Source of the DNA: Eledone cirrhosa
Lineage: Eukaryota
Assembly (NCBI GenBank): GCA_964016885.1
Contig: OZ024741.1
Coordinates: 347,944,001 to 348,008,000 of the forward strand
Length of the DNA: 64,000 nt
Reading direction: 5' to 3'
Below the pieces are notes generated by a model. It did not search any database. It was not told where the DNA came from and was given only the letters and a program-made list of their open reading frames with translations. Every line of letters begins with the position of its first letter. Within the stretch, counting starts at the first letter, position 1. Of the stretch, positions 27,556 through 42,172 are shown in pieces. Both the position numbers and the translations under genes were made by a program.

Positions 27556-28985
27556 GTTTGAATTTGTAAAGCCAAACAATGCAGGTATGGATGTAGAATT
27601 TAAAATAATGCAAATGCAAAAGATATTGTTGACAATTAGTCTTTTACCTTAGATTTATTTAACGGTTCTTAATTTTCAAGATAATATCTCTTCTTCGGAG
27701 GGAAGTAAAGTGGTTAAACCAGTGTTCTAAATAGCTTGCCAAGTCATGCTGACAGGACATGGTATAGAGTATATGTTCTATCTCTAATGTCAAAGAGTTA
27801 AGGTTAGGTGGATAAAGAGTAGTCTCCCTTTAAAAGTTTTTTTTTGTACATGTCTGTTTAAGTGTGTGGGAGAATGCGTGAATGTATAAGTATGTGTGTG
27901 TGTGTGTGTGTGTGTGTGAGTGTGAGAAGATATGTCTATACGTAAATGTGGGGGATAGATCTTCTCTCGTGTTAGAACTGGTTTTTTTGTGTGTATGTGT
28001 GTGTGAGAGGGAATAAGTGGAAGTGGAAGCATGGGTGAGTGAGTGTGTGTGTGCTTGCGTGTGTGTGTGCGCGTGTGGGGGGGGGGGGGTAAGTATAAGG
28101 CTAGATGCTCTATCAAGTTATACATTGGGTGTTGAGTTCTAGTCTATTATTGATTGGTGGTTGTGTTTTGTCGATAATTAGTGCTTCCTTAATTCTAAGA
28201 TTGCCGAGGTTTCTTTCCTTATTTTCTATCCTACCTGTTATGGTTTTGTCAGTATTTTTGCATTTCACTAGGTGTTTTTTTAATGAGGAACCGTTAGTAT
28301 TGAGGTGTTCTTTTATTCTTATGTGGAGTGGTCTGGTGGTGCTACCTAGGTGGGAGCTTCAGGAAGCAAGTGTTAGTGCCTCGGGTGTGGTGTCCTCTGT
28401 TCTTTCTGGCACGGTTTGTGGTGGATGTCGTGTATTCGTTCAGTTTGAGTACTTCCAGGAAATGTTTGGTGTGTGTGTCTCGGTCTCTAGCGTCGGTGCA
28501 TTTATTCCGGATACGTGTAGTTCGTTCCTTATGTATCCTTAGCGCCGGCTGGGAGGGCCGATCTGAAATGTACGAACAGGTCCCTGCTGGCGGCTTTTTT
28601 ATAGAAGCAGGTATGGATGATGCCATGCTCTGTTACCCTGAATTGGAAGTCCAGTAAGGATAGGGATCCGCGGTCATCGGTGTGCTCCATGCTGAACTTT
28701 ATACTGGCGTCCATGCTGGAGAATGTTGTGTATATTTTATCCGCCTCCTCACAGGATGATGTAAGGATGAGTATGTCATCTACATATCAGGTGAAGAAGG
28801 CATGGGAATGGCAGGTATTGAGGGCTCGGCATTCTAGCTGGTTCATATAGGTAATGGTCAGCAGGCCCGATAGGCTGGATCTCATGGGTAATCATGTTGT
28901 CTGTCTGTATGTGTGGTGGTGGAAGGTGAAGTATGTGTTGTCCACTGTGACGGACAAAAGCTGGTGTATGTCTGTCGGATATACA
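27550..28985 (-). mobile_element. 5'-truncated copy of the PLE family seen at 30.5-33.7 kb
   Basis: Reverse complement of ~31980-33625 with an internal deletion. Peptide MDASIKFSMEHTDDRGSLSLLDF..CFYKKAASRDLFVHFRSALP. Confidence 0.92.
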
Positions 28986-29424
28986 CGGATATATGAGATG
29001 TCATCATGTATGGACCTGTTATTTTTATCTAAAGACATTTTTTCCAAAAAAAATCCCGCCCGTCTCTTCAATATACCTTATTTATAATTCTTTCTTCTGA
29101 TGAAGGACTAACGTCCTAAAGGTTAAGACCCTCTTCCTGCTATTTCAAGTTTTAACCTAATATATTCCTACCATATAGAGTACCGATTGTGTTGTTATTT
29201 CTGTTTACCCTTTACATATATATATATATATTATTATTTTTATTCTTTCACTCTTCCCTTCATTCTACACATCTCACACATCTTATACACACCACGCATC
29301 TCAACGTACACCCACTTACATATCTCTCTCTCCACCACCGGCCCTTGTTACCCGGAGATTTACCCATTTGCATTGTCGAGGCTTCCAAACGACTTATAAA
29401 TATTTACTTATATATATATAGATA

Positions 29425-29539
29425 TATTAGTATTGTTGATTTATTCGGTTTAGCTAATCTGGCACATACACACACAAATAAACACTTACACACACACACA
29501 CACACATACACACGCACACAAACATATATATATATATAA

Positions 29540-29577
<38 letters not shown>

Positions 29578-30522
29578 AGGAGGTTATAGTTCACTTGAAG
29601 CATTGTGTAATGAGGTATAAACGTTTTAATATGTATAATAAAGCCAAAACAATGCAGGTATGCACATATAAAAATGAATGCAATTGATATTGTTGATTCG
29701 TCTTTTACCTTAGATTTATTTAAATGTCCTTAATTTTCGAGATAATATCTCTTCTTCAGAGGGAAGTAAAGGTCTCAAACCAACGTTCTAAATATCTTGC
29801 CAAGCCATGCTGACAGGAAATAGTATAGAGTATCTGTTCTATCCCTAATGTCAAAGAGTTAAAATTAGGTGGATAAAGAGTAGTTTCGCTTTAAAAGGGG
29901 TTTGTTTAGGTTTTTTTTTTTTTCATATATACATGCCTGCTTAAGTGTGTGGGAGAATGCATTAAGGTGTAAGTATGTGTGTGTGTGTGTGTGAGTGTGA
30001 GAAGATAAGTCTATTCGTAAATGTGGGGGATAGGTGTTATCTGGTGTTAGAACTGGTTTTGTGTGTGTATGTGTGAGAGAGAATAAGTGGAGGTGTAAGC
30101 GTGTGTGTGTGTGTTGGGTGTGTAAATATGGGGCTAGAAGCCCTATCAGGTTATAAATTGGTTGTTGTTTTCTAGTCTATTATTGATTGGTGGTAGTGTT
30201 TTATCTATAATTAGTGCTTCCTTAATTCTAAGATTGCCGAGGTTTCTTTCCTTAGTTTCTATCCTAACTGTTATGGTTTTGTCGGTGTTTTTGCATTTAA
30301 CTAGGTGTTTCTTAAATGAGGAAGCGTTAGTATTTAGGTGTACTTTTATTCTTATGTGGAGTGGTCTGGTGGTGCTACCTACGTAGAAGTTGTTGCATTT
30401 GTCACACTCTAGTCTGTATACGACGTAAGCCTGGTGGCATAGGTCTGTGTCGTTGATGGGGCAGTTGCCTAGTCTGCAGCAGTTGTCATGTCTGGTGGAG
30501 TGTCTTTTGGTTAGCTGTCCGC
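29425..30522 (-). mobile_element. Inverted copy of the PLE 3' end / pseudo-LTR fused to the 5' end of the downstream PLE
   Basis: Reverse complement of ~32700-33712, with the junction at gtccgcgt (30522). Contains a minimal HHR at ~29728-29762 (cct-CTGAAGA-a-gagat(att)atctc-GAAA-at-TA/agg on the minus strand). Confidence 0.9.
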
Positions 30523-33500
30523 GTGAACTATAACCTCCTCCTTTCCTTACGCCTGAGCCAGGCCCAGTTCACAACTGTAAAGAAACTCTTCCAGCTCTCT
30601 GAAAAGCGCGCCAAAGCCGGCTGCCAAATAAACTTCCTAAAACGATGCCCAAAACTATCAAAAATGTGCACCTACCAATATGCTTCAAATCACCAGGCCT
30701 CAAACGATCACTTAGTTACATACAAAAATTCTGCCTAAGAAAACTCATACAACACCTACACCGCACGCTACAACATCACATACGGACTATTTCCTCCCTT
30801 GTACCACAACTCGCTGAAACCCCAGAACCTCTGTCCAGAGTCATCTCCGCCACTATAGACAGGTCATACCACCATCGCCGAGACTACGAGAAAATACGTC
30901 TAACGCAAAAATTTCTCAAACTCAGGACGGCCAACTGTCTTAACAACATCCCAACTCTAAACACCAACAGAAGCGAACAAGACGGTACCAACACCGAACC
31001 TAGCGGCGCCCCGATCAACAACACACCTGACGCAAAACACCTCGTCACAGATTTGACAGGATCCCTCTCCCGAGAGGAATTAGACCTCCTCAGCCTGGGT
31101 CCCAAGTTCATATTGAAACACAGACTGGACGACAAATTAAGGCTCGACATAGAAACGAATTTCTGTCGGGCTGCCTACCAACTAAAATGGATATCGACTC
31201 TCGACAACAACACCAAGGAATCCATCAAATCCAGATTCCCGATATACCAACTAGATCGCCCACTCTGTCCACCGCCCGGCAACCGCGAGTTTGAGGAAAC
31301 ATTCTCGAGACTAAAACATTCCGTATTTAACATCTTACGGAAACAGAAGAAGATAGCCCCAAACCTCTCCAGGACACAACAACTCGCCCTGAAGGACCTA
31401 CAGAATAGGGAACTTATATACTTACCATCCGACAAAGGTAAAGAGTTTTGCGTCATCTCTCAAGCCACATACAATAACCTAGCCTTTGAACACCTAAGCG
31501 ACAGTGAATTATACACAGAGATCCCGGACATGACTGCAGCCCAGATCGAAAAACAGACCAACTCCATTTGGTTCGATATCTGTAGGAGAAGACAACTCCC
31601 AAATAAAGTTAAGCTCAACTACACCACTAGAAATAGCAGACTGCCCACTTTCTACCACCTCATCAAGACCCACAAGAATAGTACTAAGACGCAAATAAGA
31701 CCCATCGTCTCTAGCATAGTAGGACACCTATACAAAATGTCCTGGCTCCTCTCCCAGGTCCTCAAGCCTCTACTCTCCACCTTTCCCGGGCATGTCAGTA
31801 GGTCCGACGAAGTTATACGTAGACTACACCAACTCCAGCCAGAACAACTTAAACTAAATTAATACGCTTTTAGCCTCGACGTTGTCTCCCTCTACACTAC
31901 AGTCCCCGCTCATCCAGCTGTCGATTTATTGACGGACTTCGTGGTCACAGAGGACATCCACTGCTACGGCCTCCACCCGACGGACATACACCAGCTTTTG
32001 TCCTCCACAGTAGATAACACGTACTTAACCTTCCACCACCACACATACAGACAGACAACAGGATTACCCATGCGATCCAGCTTATCGGGCCTGCTGGCCA
32101 TCACCTACATGAACCAGCTAGAATGCCGAGCCCTCAACACCTGCCATTCCCATGCCTTCTTCACCCGATATGTAGATGACATACTCATCCTTACATCATC
32201 CCGTGAGGAGGCAGATAAAATATACACAACATTCTCCAGCATGGACGCCAGAATAAAGTTCAGCATGGAACACCCCGATGACCGCGGATCCCTATCCCTA
32301 CTGGACTTCCAACTCAGGGTAACAGAGGAAGGCAACAACCACACCTGTTTCTATAAAAAAGCCGCAGCAGGGACCTGTTCGTACATTTCAAATCGGCCCT
32401 CCCACTCGGTGCCAAGTTCGGATACATAAGGAACGAACTGGCACGTATCCGGAACAAATGCACCGACGCTAGAGACCGAGACACACACACCACACATTTC
32501 CTGGAAGTACTCAAACTGAACGGATACACGACATCCACCACAAACCGTGCCAGAAAGAACAGAGGACACCACACCCGAGGCACTAACACTTGCTTCCTAA
32601 AGCTCCCACACTTCAGTGAAGAAACAACAACAGCCATCCGCAGAGCCATCAGACGAGAGGGACTAGATATCCAACTGGCCCACTCAGGTCCTTCTCTACG
32701 CGGACAGCTAACCAAAAGACACTCCACCAGACATGACAACTGCTGCAGACTAGCCAACTGCCCCATCAACGACACAGACCCCTGCCACCAGGCTTACGTC
32801 GTATACAGACTAGAGTGTGACAAATGCAACAACTTCTACGTAGGTAGCACCACCAGACCACTCCACATAAGAATAAAAAAACACCTCAATACTAACGCTT
32901 CCTCATTTAAGAAACACCTAGTTAAAGGCAAAAATACCGACAAAACCATAACAGTTAGGATAGAAACTAAGGAAAGAAACCTCGTTAATCTTAGAATTAA
33001 GGAAGCACTAATTATAGATAAAACACAACCACCAATCAATAATAGACTAGAACTCAACACCCAATTTATAACCTGATAGGGCTTCTACCCCCATATTTAC
33101 ACACTCCACACACACACACGCACGCGCACACACACACCCGCTTACACCTCCACTTATTCTCTCTCACACATACACACACAAAACCAGTTCTAACACCAGA
33201 TAACACCTATCCCCCACATTTAAGAATAGACTTATCTTCTCACACTCACACACACACACTCACATACTTACACCTTCATGCATTCTCCCACACACTTAAA
33301 CAGGTATGTATATATGAAAAAAAAAACCTAAACAAACCCCTATTAAAGGGAGACTACTCTTTATCCACCCAATGTTAACTCTTTGACATTAGAGATAGAA
33401 CATATACTCTATACTATTTCCTGTCAGCATGGCTTGGCAAGATATTTAGAACGCTGGTTTGAGACCTTTATTTCCCTCTGAAGAAGAGATATTATCTCGA

Positions 33501-33712
33501 ATATTAAGGACATTTAAATAAATCTAAGGTAAAATACGAATCAACAATATCTTTTGCAATTGCATTCTGTTTTCTATGTCCATACCTGCATTGTTTTGGC
33601 TTTATTATACATATTCAAACGTTTATATATATATATATATATGTTTGTGTGTGTGTGTGTTTAAGTGTGTATGTGTGTGATTAGCTAAACCGAATAAATC
33701 AACAATACTAAT
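30523..33712 (+). mobile_element. Near-complete Penelope-like retroelement (RT + C-terminal GIY-YIG), inactivated by a few lesions
   Basis: LLSLGPKF, LPSDKG, FYHLIKTHK, IRPIVS, FSLDVVSLYT, GLPMRSSLS, FFTRYVDDI, then Cys linker and VVYRLECDKCNNFYVGSTTRPLHIRIK. In-frame stop at 31860, frameshifts near 30640 and 32365. The ORF ends at TGA 33074-33076. Confidence 0.95.
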
Positions 33713-34289
33713 TAGCAGATCACGCTTAAGCTAAACAATAAAGAGATTGCTGATAACGATGGCAGGGCAATGTATTTGAATATTAATGTATGATACTTTC
33801 TAGATCTAACCACGCTTCCTATTTGCTCTCTAATTTTTAATTCTCACAGAATAACATTCGCAATAGAATTACACCTCCATTAGATACATATGATAAAAAG
33901 CTGTCTGCACTAAGACTAGCTGATTTTCTGGTATATGTATTTACATAAATATCATCTGATGAGCAGTGATTTTAATGAATACGTTAACAGAAATGTTAAA
34001 GTAGGAATGCTTGTAAAACTCTGTGCATAGATTTCAGCATGAAAAACAACAATACCATCTGGGCTATAAAACAAACTCCCTCACAGTCATGTAATAAATG
34101 GATAGTGTGTATTATGCCGGTAGGTTTGGCACTTAAACACTCTCTATTGATACTTTCCTGATACATTCTTATCGTATGTCAGTAGTGATCTATCAATTCG
34201 AAGAAGAAACAATACTATCTCTAGCGATTATCAAATACGCACTGTATCGTGTAATGTTATTCCAAAATACATTCGGAGTGACCCCACTT

Positions 34290-36830
34290 CTGCTGCTTTC
34301 ATTAATGTAGAGTGCAGGCTTTAGTATTCCCTCATTACTGCACCAGCTCCTGCTATTCTTGCACTTAATTCAGACTCATGCGTTCCGTCACTCGGGAGCA
34401 CGAACCCGTGATGCTGGAAATTTTCCAGCTGCTTCACTGGAATTCCATTTATATGTAGAGTGCACTCTGAAGATTTCTTTGGGAGGACAAGTGTCTTAGT
34501 TTTCGCAGCACTGATTTTCGTTCCAACCTTGTAGCGTTCGATCAAGCCCATCAAACTCAAGTCAGATATCACAAAACGAGTGACATAATATCATGTCATC
34601 AGCCAATACCAGCTGACTGATCTCTCACCGATCAGTCGTGATATAACAGCCAACTCGGCTGCGTATGTCAAGCCAATTCATGAAGTTTATAAAACGGATA
34701 CGTGAAACTACGCACTGATGGCTTAAACCGAATATCACATTGAATAGTTTCGATTTAGCTCCATTTATCCGAACGCATATTCTAGAGCATTTGAATACAG
34801 ACATCAAGCCAACACGAAGCTGTAAGTTGAAGCCATACTCCTGCAGAGCGTTCCACAACATGTCCCGTGAAGTACGTTCATATCTCATTTAGAGGTCACG
34901 AAGCAAGCATACACCTATTGGCATTACTACCACGATTTCTTTAAGCTCTGCCGTGGTGAATATTTGGTCGGCAGTACTGCAGTCAGGGCAAAGAGCCCAC
35001 TAATCGTCAGTAGCTTCGACAATCACCCAACATCAATTTGCCAGATGCTTAGCATAAACGTTAACGGGGAGGCTTAACAAGAGAGGTCTCTATATACTTG
35101 GAGCAATCGGCATTGTCAACCTTTTTTGAAAATTGACATAAACACACTCCATTGCCATTTGTAAGTTGCCTTTCCAGATATCCAGGCCACTTAGCACACA
35201 CAAGTCAGCCAGAGAATACCTTCTTTTTTAAGGCTTCTAATATCTTAGGGCCAAATTCCATTCTCCTCAGCGGCCTTTCCACATTTGAACACATTAATTG
35301 CTCTCGTCAACTCCACCACGGAGTGATCTGTGACCGCTCCCTGTTGCTCTTTATGTACATCTGCTGTGATCTTGTTAAAATGATCAGCAACGTATTCTAT
35401 CTCCCTCCCGAAAATGCAAAACTCTTAAGAGAAAAGTCCCCCAGACGCGTTCCTTATAGTAGAAGAGTAAGAGTACTACTTACTACGAAGTCGGTGAATG
35501 GTCTTCAAATTATTTGCTGAACTATAGTCGGCTTCCAGCTAAACTCATGACTTAGCTTTGAACACCTTTATGTTCTCTGTTGTGAATTTTCATGCCCGCT
35601 TTTGTTGGTCTCCTTCTTTTCCAGAAGGCCTCTTGGCCTCTTAAATGAATCACGAGGGTCTTAGGCGCTTTCCCTCGAAGCATTTAACAACTGAAACAAA
35701 CTTCCGATTAAAACAGTTTCCGCTCCGTTTATTCAATGAGTTCTCTGAATTTGGATCCAACAGTATTTACATAAGTGACCTTGATTTCCTTATCAGCCAA
35801 ATGTTCTCATTTTATCTCGTAGTTCGTCCTGGACCCGCCAGGTTTGTGGGCTGTATTAGATTTGGGTAACTAAGTGTTGATCAGCTAACAGCTCAGCCGC
35901 TCTATTAACACGGACAGCCAGCACAGTATCGAAGGGATCAGAGACAATAACAAATTCAATTATTGATCCTTTGTCCCAGATACAAATTATATCATCTATC
36001 TTATGATTGTCTCTGTGCTGGAAAAAGGAGTTCTTAATAGAGGGTCCATTACTCCAAAGGAAATCTAGTAAGGCCTTCACTATTCGTATTAAGTTTGGGA
36101 TTACCGTTTCTTCCAATCACTCCATTCCATGTCACTTGGTGCGTTGCTGCATGTGTATTTAATCTCCCATTAGGATATATTCCTCAGTTTTAACTATATT
36201 TAATGATGCATTGAATTAATTAAAAAGGGATTGTTATTCAGAGTATTTGTTTGGTGCATAAATTTGCACCACACTCAGAAGCCTATCTTCCCGCCTAAGC
36301 TTCATGAGGCAAATCCTCCTTTCCAATGGGATACAGTCAGTAACACATTCTGACAGCTACATTCTTGTGAGTATCCCCACTCCACCTGTACAGTCATTCT
36401 GGTGCCCCAACTTAATGTTTGTATGTCCGTCTTCCATCAAAATCTATATTACCAGAGCCACAGAACTTTGTTGAAGAAACCCTAACTAAATTAGCCAGTA
36501 GAATGCAGCCAAGTTCAACAAGTTCCTGTAAGGGTTCTGATGGTTTACGTTTCAATTTTTACGGTTTACTCTCTCCGAAAACACAGGAGGTTTTGCAGGC
36601 CCATCGCTAGATTGTAAATAATAAGATGGAGGCTGCAATATATATTTCGGACAAGTTCCTCTAGATAAAACTTGGACGTATCCCTTGTAGACCCGCACGA
36701 AGGACGATGCGGTATGACTCCGTCGTAGTTTATATTATTTGTCCGGGGTTGCTGTGCCGTATATCATGTGTCCGCTTATATGGCAATAAGCCATTATATC
36801 TGGTGGCTGCAATGCTAACCGCCACCTGCA
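34290..36830 (-). mobile_element. RTE-clade LINE, decayed (APE endonuclease + RT fragments)
   Basis: Minus-strand peptides: VVQIYAPN; LLDF..NG.SIKNSFFQHRDNHK..VRVNRAAELLADQHLV; SRDMLWNALQEYG..CVRINGAKS; KISAAKTKTLV..SDGTHESELSARIAGAGAV. Confidence 0.85.
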
Positions 36831-37312
36831 ACCCATTCTCGAGCAGAATAACTCTGGCGAGTTGTAAATAATTAATGTAGCGATATATTCAGAATATCTA
36901 AGACAAATTATGTTAATTATTTTTAACCTCGAGCCATCACAAATACACAGACACCACCAATTATATCAGCGCCACTACTTTAAACACCGAGGCCTGAGGT
37001 TCTGATTGATATATCGACATTTGTGATAAATAGGTTTATGATAAAAAGAAATCAAACTAGAGTGAAATCTTTCAAGGTGTTCATTAAATATACCACGTGC
37101 ATATTGTTCATCTCCCAGACGCCAGTAGAAAATTATAAAAATATTTATATTATTTTCTATTTATAACAAATTAATTTTCCTCCGTGCGGTGCCCACTCAT
37201 AAATAATACACAAACCAGCAAAAACTCCAATTCTATATACACCATCAACAATATACGTCTTTACAACCGATACTAATTATCACCATACCTTCTATACAGA
37301 CACCAACCACCA

Positions 37313-37463
<151 letters not shown>

Positions 37464-37599
37464 GTAATAATAATAAATTTGAAGACTAAAATACAAAGAG
37501 GGCTCGATAGGGATAAATATATATCAAATATATAAGAACCGTGGAGCAAATATTTATTAAAATAACAGATTAAAGTTTAAGCAAATAATCCTCGCTTTC

Positions 37600-40445
37600 A
37601 CCATCAACTGCTATATAATGCTGTAACTAAGGATTACCGTAAAACTAATCGGAGCGTCATTAATGAAATCAACGATGCTGGGTTTAAAATCGCCTCTGAT
37701 CTCAACATCCTGGACCGGACTGAACCTCCGGACCCTATTTCTCCCGACTTTACCCTGAAGGATCACAAATCCAATTTTCCGAACAACCCTTCTATTCGGC
37801 TTATTACCCCTACGAAGTCCGATTAAGGTAGACTTAATAAAAGGATTCTTGATAGAATTATACCTGAAATTAGAGGTTTGGCCCCTCTTGCACTGTGGAA
37901 CAATTCTTTCGTGGTGAATGATTGGTTCAACGGCATATGCAACAAGGAACATTGCCGTTTTATCCAATTCGACATCAATAATATCTACTCCTCCATCGCT
38001 TTACCACTTCTCCTTACAACCAACCAATTTCGCTGAAACACTCACAGTGCTTAAGGATTTCGAAGTTGATGTCATGCCCAATGCCCGTAAGTCGGTGATT
38101 AATTTCGACGACTCTATTTGGATTAAAAAATCCAATAGTACCCATTCGACGTGAGTACGGGTGCCAGCGATTCTGCAGAGGTTACTGATATTCTCGGCCT
38201 TTTCCTTCTTTTCTCTATCAAGTAAGAATTCCACAACGTGGGCGGTGGTTTGTACCGTGATGATGGTCTTTTGACCATGACTAAGTGCGGCCCACATGCT
38301 TGCGACATGTTCAGAAAAGAACTCACAACCTTCTTTAAAGGCTTCAACCTCTCCATACAGGTTGAGGCCAACCTCTCTGTCGTTAATTACCTCGACGTTA
38401 CCCTCAAATTATCGAATGGCTTTCATTACCCGTATAGAAAGCCGACTGATACGCTTAATTACATAAGTAAGCTTTCTAACCATCCTGCCAGCATAACCAA
38501 GATCCTGGTAAGTAACGTTTCTTTGAGACTTTCCCTCTATCTACTAACGAGCATATTTTCAACGACCATTCCACATATTACAATGAAGCTCTTGGAGTGG
38601 ATTTGTCGATAAGGTAACATATACAGAGTACGAGAATAGACCTAGAAGAAATACATCCCGACGCATTATATGGTATAACCCACCATATAATATGGACGTG
38701 GCCACGCCATTAGCTAAGATCATTCTCTCCCTTATTACGAAGCATTTTCCCCCTACACATAAACATAGTAAAATTTGTAATAGTAATACTATTAATATGT
38801 CTTACTCTACGACTCCTAACCTTGCACATAACATCACAGCTTCAAATTTAGCTAAACTACCTAGCCGTAGGAATACGTGCTACCCTGTAGTTAGTACTAA
38901 TTGTAATTGTAGGAATCGGGCTGACTGCCCCCTATCCGGGAAATGCCTCTCTAGTAACATTGTCTACAAATGTAAGGTTGAAACACCCACGTACCGTAGG
39001 GCCTACATAGGGTTAACCGCCAATAGATTCAAGCAGCGTCTTTACATGCATACCCATTATGTTCGTTACCCTTTCAGAAGGAATATGACGTCAGTTTTAG
39101 CTCATATCTGGAGTCTAAGAGACAACCATACCCAATATAATTTACACTGGGAGATCCTAGCTGGGGCTAGATCGTATAACGGAAATAAAAGACCATGTGA
39201 CCTCTACGCCGCTGAGGCTCTGGAAATACTCTACGCCACAGACCACATCTTAAACAAAGAATTTGAGGCAATTTCGGCTTTTAAACATAAATTGCACAAA
39301 ACTGTCCTGTATTAGAGCCCCACATTATACCCTGACAGATAGTACGAACTATAAGAGGATATTTTACGTCTTAAAGTGGTAGCTAAGTATATGTTATGTT
39401 TATACTATTACTTATTTGTATACGTAAGTATATATTACCTGTATGTTTTGTGAAGGTACGTATACTTCATCGTACGTGTATTTGATTGCACGTGTTTTGG
39501 CGTATATATTATATATTCTGGTACATATGCTTTTGATATGTGAATACGTGAGTTTTGCGTCTGTGTGAGTATGCGGGTTCGTACGTACGTAGGATGTGTG
39601 TATATGTGTACTTCGTGTTTTGGTTGACGTCTCCGAAAATATGTGTATTTACATGTAGGTATGTGTGTGCGCTTGTTATATACGTATTTGTTTATTTATA
39701 TACGTTTATTTAATTACATATATACACGCACACACACACACATATATATATTAATATATATATTTTTATATATAATTTTATGTGTATCTGGTGTATACAT
39801 TCTTATGCGCCGGGAACATGCGTTGCGTGGGTTCTGTATGTGCGTGCGGGTTTGTTTTACTTCTGTACGTGCGTGCATTTGTATACCTATGGCGTGTCTT
39901 TTCACGTATGCTTGTGTATGTACGTATATGGATGCGTGTATGTATTTATTTAATTTCGATCACCTCTGTATATTATTTCCTTTATTCTTAACTCTGAAGC
40001 CGAGAATCATTCGGTTTCCTAGTTAGAATTTTAGTCTACGATTTCAGTTATACCATTTACGTGGTTTTGTCTTTGCGTGCTATTGTTCTCCTCGCTCCAC
40101 ATATGACGTATTATTTTCGTTTTTTTCGTTCATTGCCAGAGAACGTCTCTATGAACCACCTAATAGAATATTAGTCTACGATTTTTTTATACCATAAACG
40201 TGGTTTTGTCTTTGCGTGTAATTGATTTTCACCGCTCCAAATAATGACGTATAATATTCGTTTTTTCCCGTTCTTTGCCAGGGAACGTGTCCACGAACCA
40301 AAGTATCGTCTTCCAGTCTTCCTCCGGTTGCAACGTTTTTAGAAATATTTACTTCCGCGTTCACAGATTGACTTTGTTAGTTTCAGAAGATGCCGTTAAT
40401 GGTGAAAGCAGCGATTCTTTGCTTAAACTTTAATCTGTTATTTTA
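37600..40445 (+). mobile_element. Penelope-like retroelement, Naiad-type, 5'-truncated and frameshifted
   Basis: GGLYRDDGL (RT), VVNYLDVTL..PYRKP..YISKLSNHP, WYNPPYN..KHFPPTH, CxCx5C linker (CNCRNRADC), and GIY-YIG NIVYKC..AYIGLTANRFKQR..H. The 5' junction (~37490-37600) is an inverted piece of its own terminal repeat. Confidence 0.88.
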
Positions 40446-40479
40446 ATAAATATATATATATATATATTTATTAAAATTT

Positions 40480-41140
40480 ATTAAAATAACAGATTAAAGT
40501 TTAAGCAAATAATCACTGCTTTCACCCTTAACAGGATCTTCTGAAACTGACAAAGTCAATCAGTAAACGCAGAAGTGAATATTTCAAAAAACGTTGCAAC
40601 CGGAGGAAGACAGGAAGACGATACTTTGGTTCGTGGAAACGTTCGCTGGCAAAGAACGGGAAAAAACGAATATAATACGTCATTATTTGGAGCGGTGAAT
40701 AACAATTACACGAAAAGACAGAACCACGTTTATGGTATAAAAGAAGTCGTAGACTAATATTCTCTCAGGTGGTTCATAGAGACGTTCTCTGGCAATGAAC
40801 GAAAAAAAACGAAGATAATACGTCATATGTGGAGCGTGGAGAATAATTGCACGCAAAGACAACACCACTGAAGTTGTAGACTAAAATTCTAACTAGGAAA
40901 CATAATGATTCTCCGCTTCAGAGTTAAGAATAAAGTAATTAAATACAGAGGTAAATGAAATTAAATAAAAACATACAGGCATCCAAATACGTACATACAC
41001 AAGCATACGCGAAAACACTCGCCATAGGTATACAAATACAGGCACATATAAATATGTGTGTGTGTGTGCGTGTATACAAATAATTAAATAAACGTATATA
41101 AATAAATAAATACGTATAAATACGTATATAACAATATATA
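40480..41140 (-). repeat. Inverted copy of the Naiad-type element's 3' non-coding region (large fold-back centred on a short TA tract at ~40455)
   Basis: 40480-40930 mirrors ~39985-40445 and 40950-41130 mirrors parts of ~39670-39960. The mirrored pseudo-ORFs at 40176-40364(-) and 40575-40757(+) confirm this. Confidence 0.9.
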
Positions 41141-41154
41141 TATTTAATTATATT

Positions 41155-41187
<33 letters not shown>

Positions 41188-41191
<4 letters not shown>

Positions 41192-41544
41192 AAAAAGAGA
41201 TGCAATCGAAAATGCAACTGGAGTGTTATTTTTTTTTTAAATATATATATTCATTTGGTTCCTTTACCGGTTTCGCAGTTCTTCTGCATTTCAAAATTTG
41301 AGTTGTGATGGAGGGTCTGTGGTTTTTCTCACATGTGATGTCAGAAAAACCACAGACCCTCCAACTCAACTCACCTTTTGAAAAGCAGAAGGACTGCGAA
41401 ACCGGTAAAGGAACCAAATAAATATATATATATTTAAAAAAAAAATAAGACTCCAGTTGCATTTTCGATTTCATCTCTTTTTCTTTATACTTTCACTCGT
41501 GTAGGACACCTCGGTTATTTTTCATTTTGTAAAAAAAACCTCAC

Positions 41545-41550
<6 letters not shown>
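41188..41550. mobile_element. Fold-back cassette of the 18.2-kb family with a U3-A8 hammerhead
   Basis: Inverted arms between TA tracts. Intact motif at 41374-41411(+): cctt-TTGAAAA-gcag(aagga)ctgc-GAAA-ccgg-TA/aagg. Confidence 0.85.
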
Positions 41551-41585
<35 letters not shown>

Positions 41586-41603
41586 TATTTGTATATATAT
41601 ATT

Positions 41604-41693
<90 letters not shown>

Positions 41694-41792
41694 GAGTTTA
41701 TGTTGGTTGTATACCTAAGTACACCTAAGTATGCAGGCTGGAGCACTCGACGAAGTGCGCAGGTTGGTTCGGTTACTCCGGAGTAGTGTAAA

Positions 41793-42123
41793 ATAAAGTT
41801 AAATAAAAGTCAAATGATTAAAATTTAGCTTCGTTTATTACTGCTATATATATTTCAGTGACAGCCATCTTTGGCTGTGACCTCTTCAGGCAGTTTGAAT
41901 TAGTATGGTATAGACATATGTTGTTTAGGTGTATAATATTGTGAATACTCTGATATGCCCAGTTCCTTGTTGGTTTGTTAATTCACTGCTAAACAACATA
42001 TGTACTTGTCTATACCATACTAATTCAAACTGCCTGAAGAGGTCACAGCCAAAGATGGCTGTCACTGAAATATATATAGCAGTAATAAACGAAGCTAAAT
42101 TTTAATCATTTGACTTTTATTTA

Positions 42124-42130
<7 letters not shown>
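41793..42130. mobile_element. Fold-back cassette with two identical opposed hammerheads (41840-41894 minus; 42029-42083 plus)
   Basis: actgc-CTGAAGA-ggtcacagcca(aaga)tggctgtcact-GAAA-tatata-TA/gcagt, with a 5-bp stem I. Arms ~41793-41928 and ~41988-42130. Confidence 0.88.

Positions 42131-42172
<42 letters not shown>

Noticed and set aside
38692-39315. Possible selenocysteine recoding in the Naiad-type ORF (reported for some Naiads)
   Set aside because: The linker cysteines are TGT/TGC, no in-frame TGA sits at those positions, and I saw no convincing SECIS.
40378-40420. HHR-like cagaaga-tgcc..ggt-gaaagc in the Naiad terminal repeat (variants at 40515-40545, 47858-47895, 48385-48415)
   Set aside because: Most copies read CAGAAGA, and there is no consistent NUH site or stem I.
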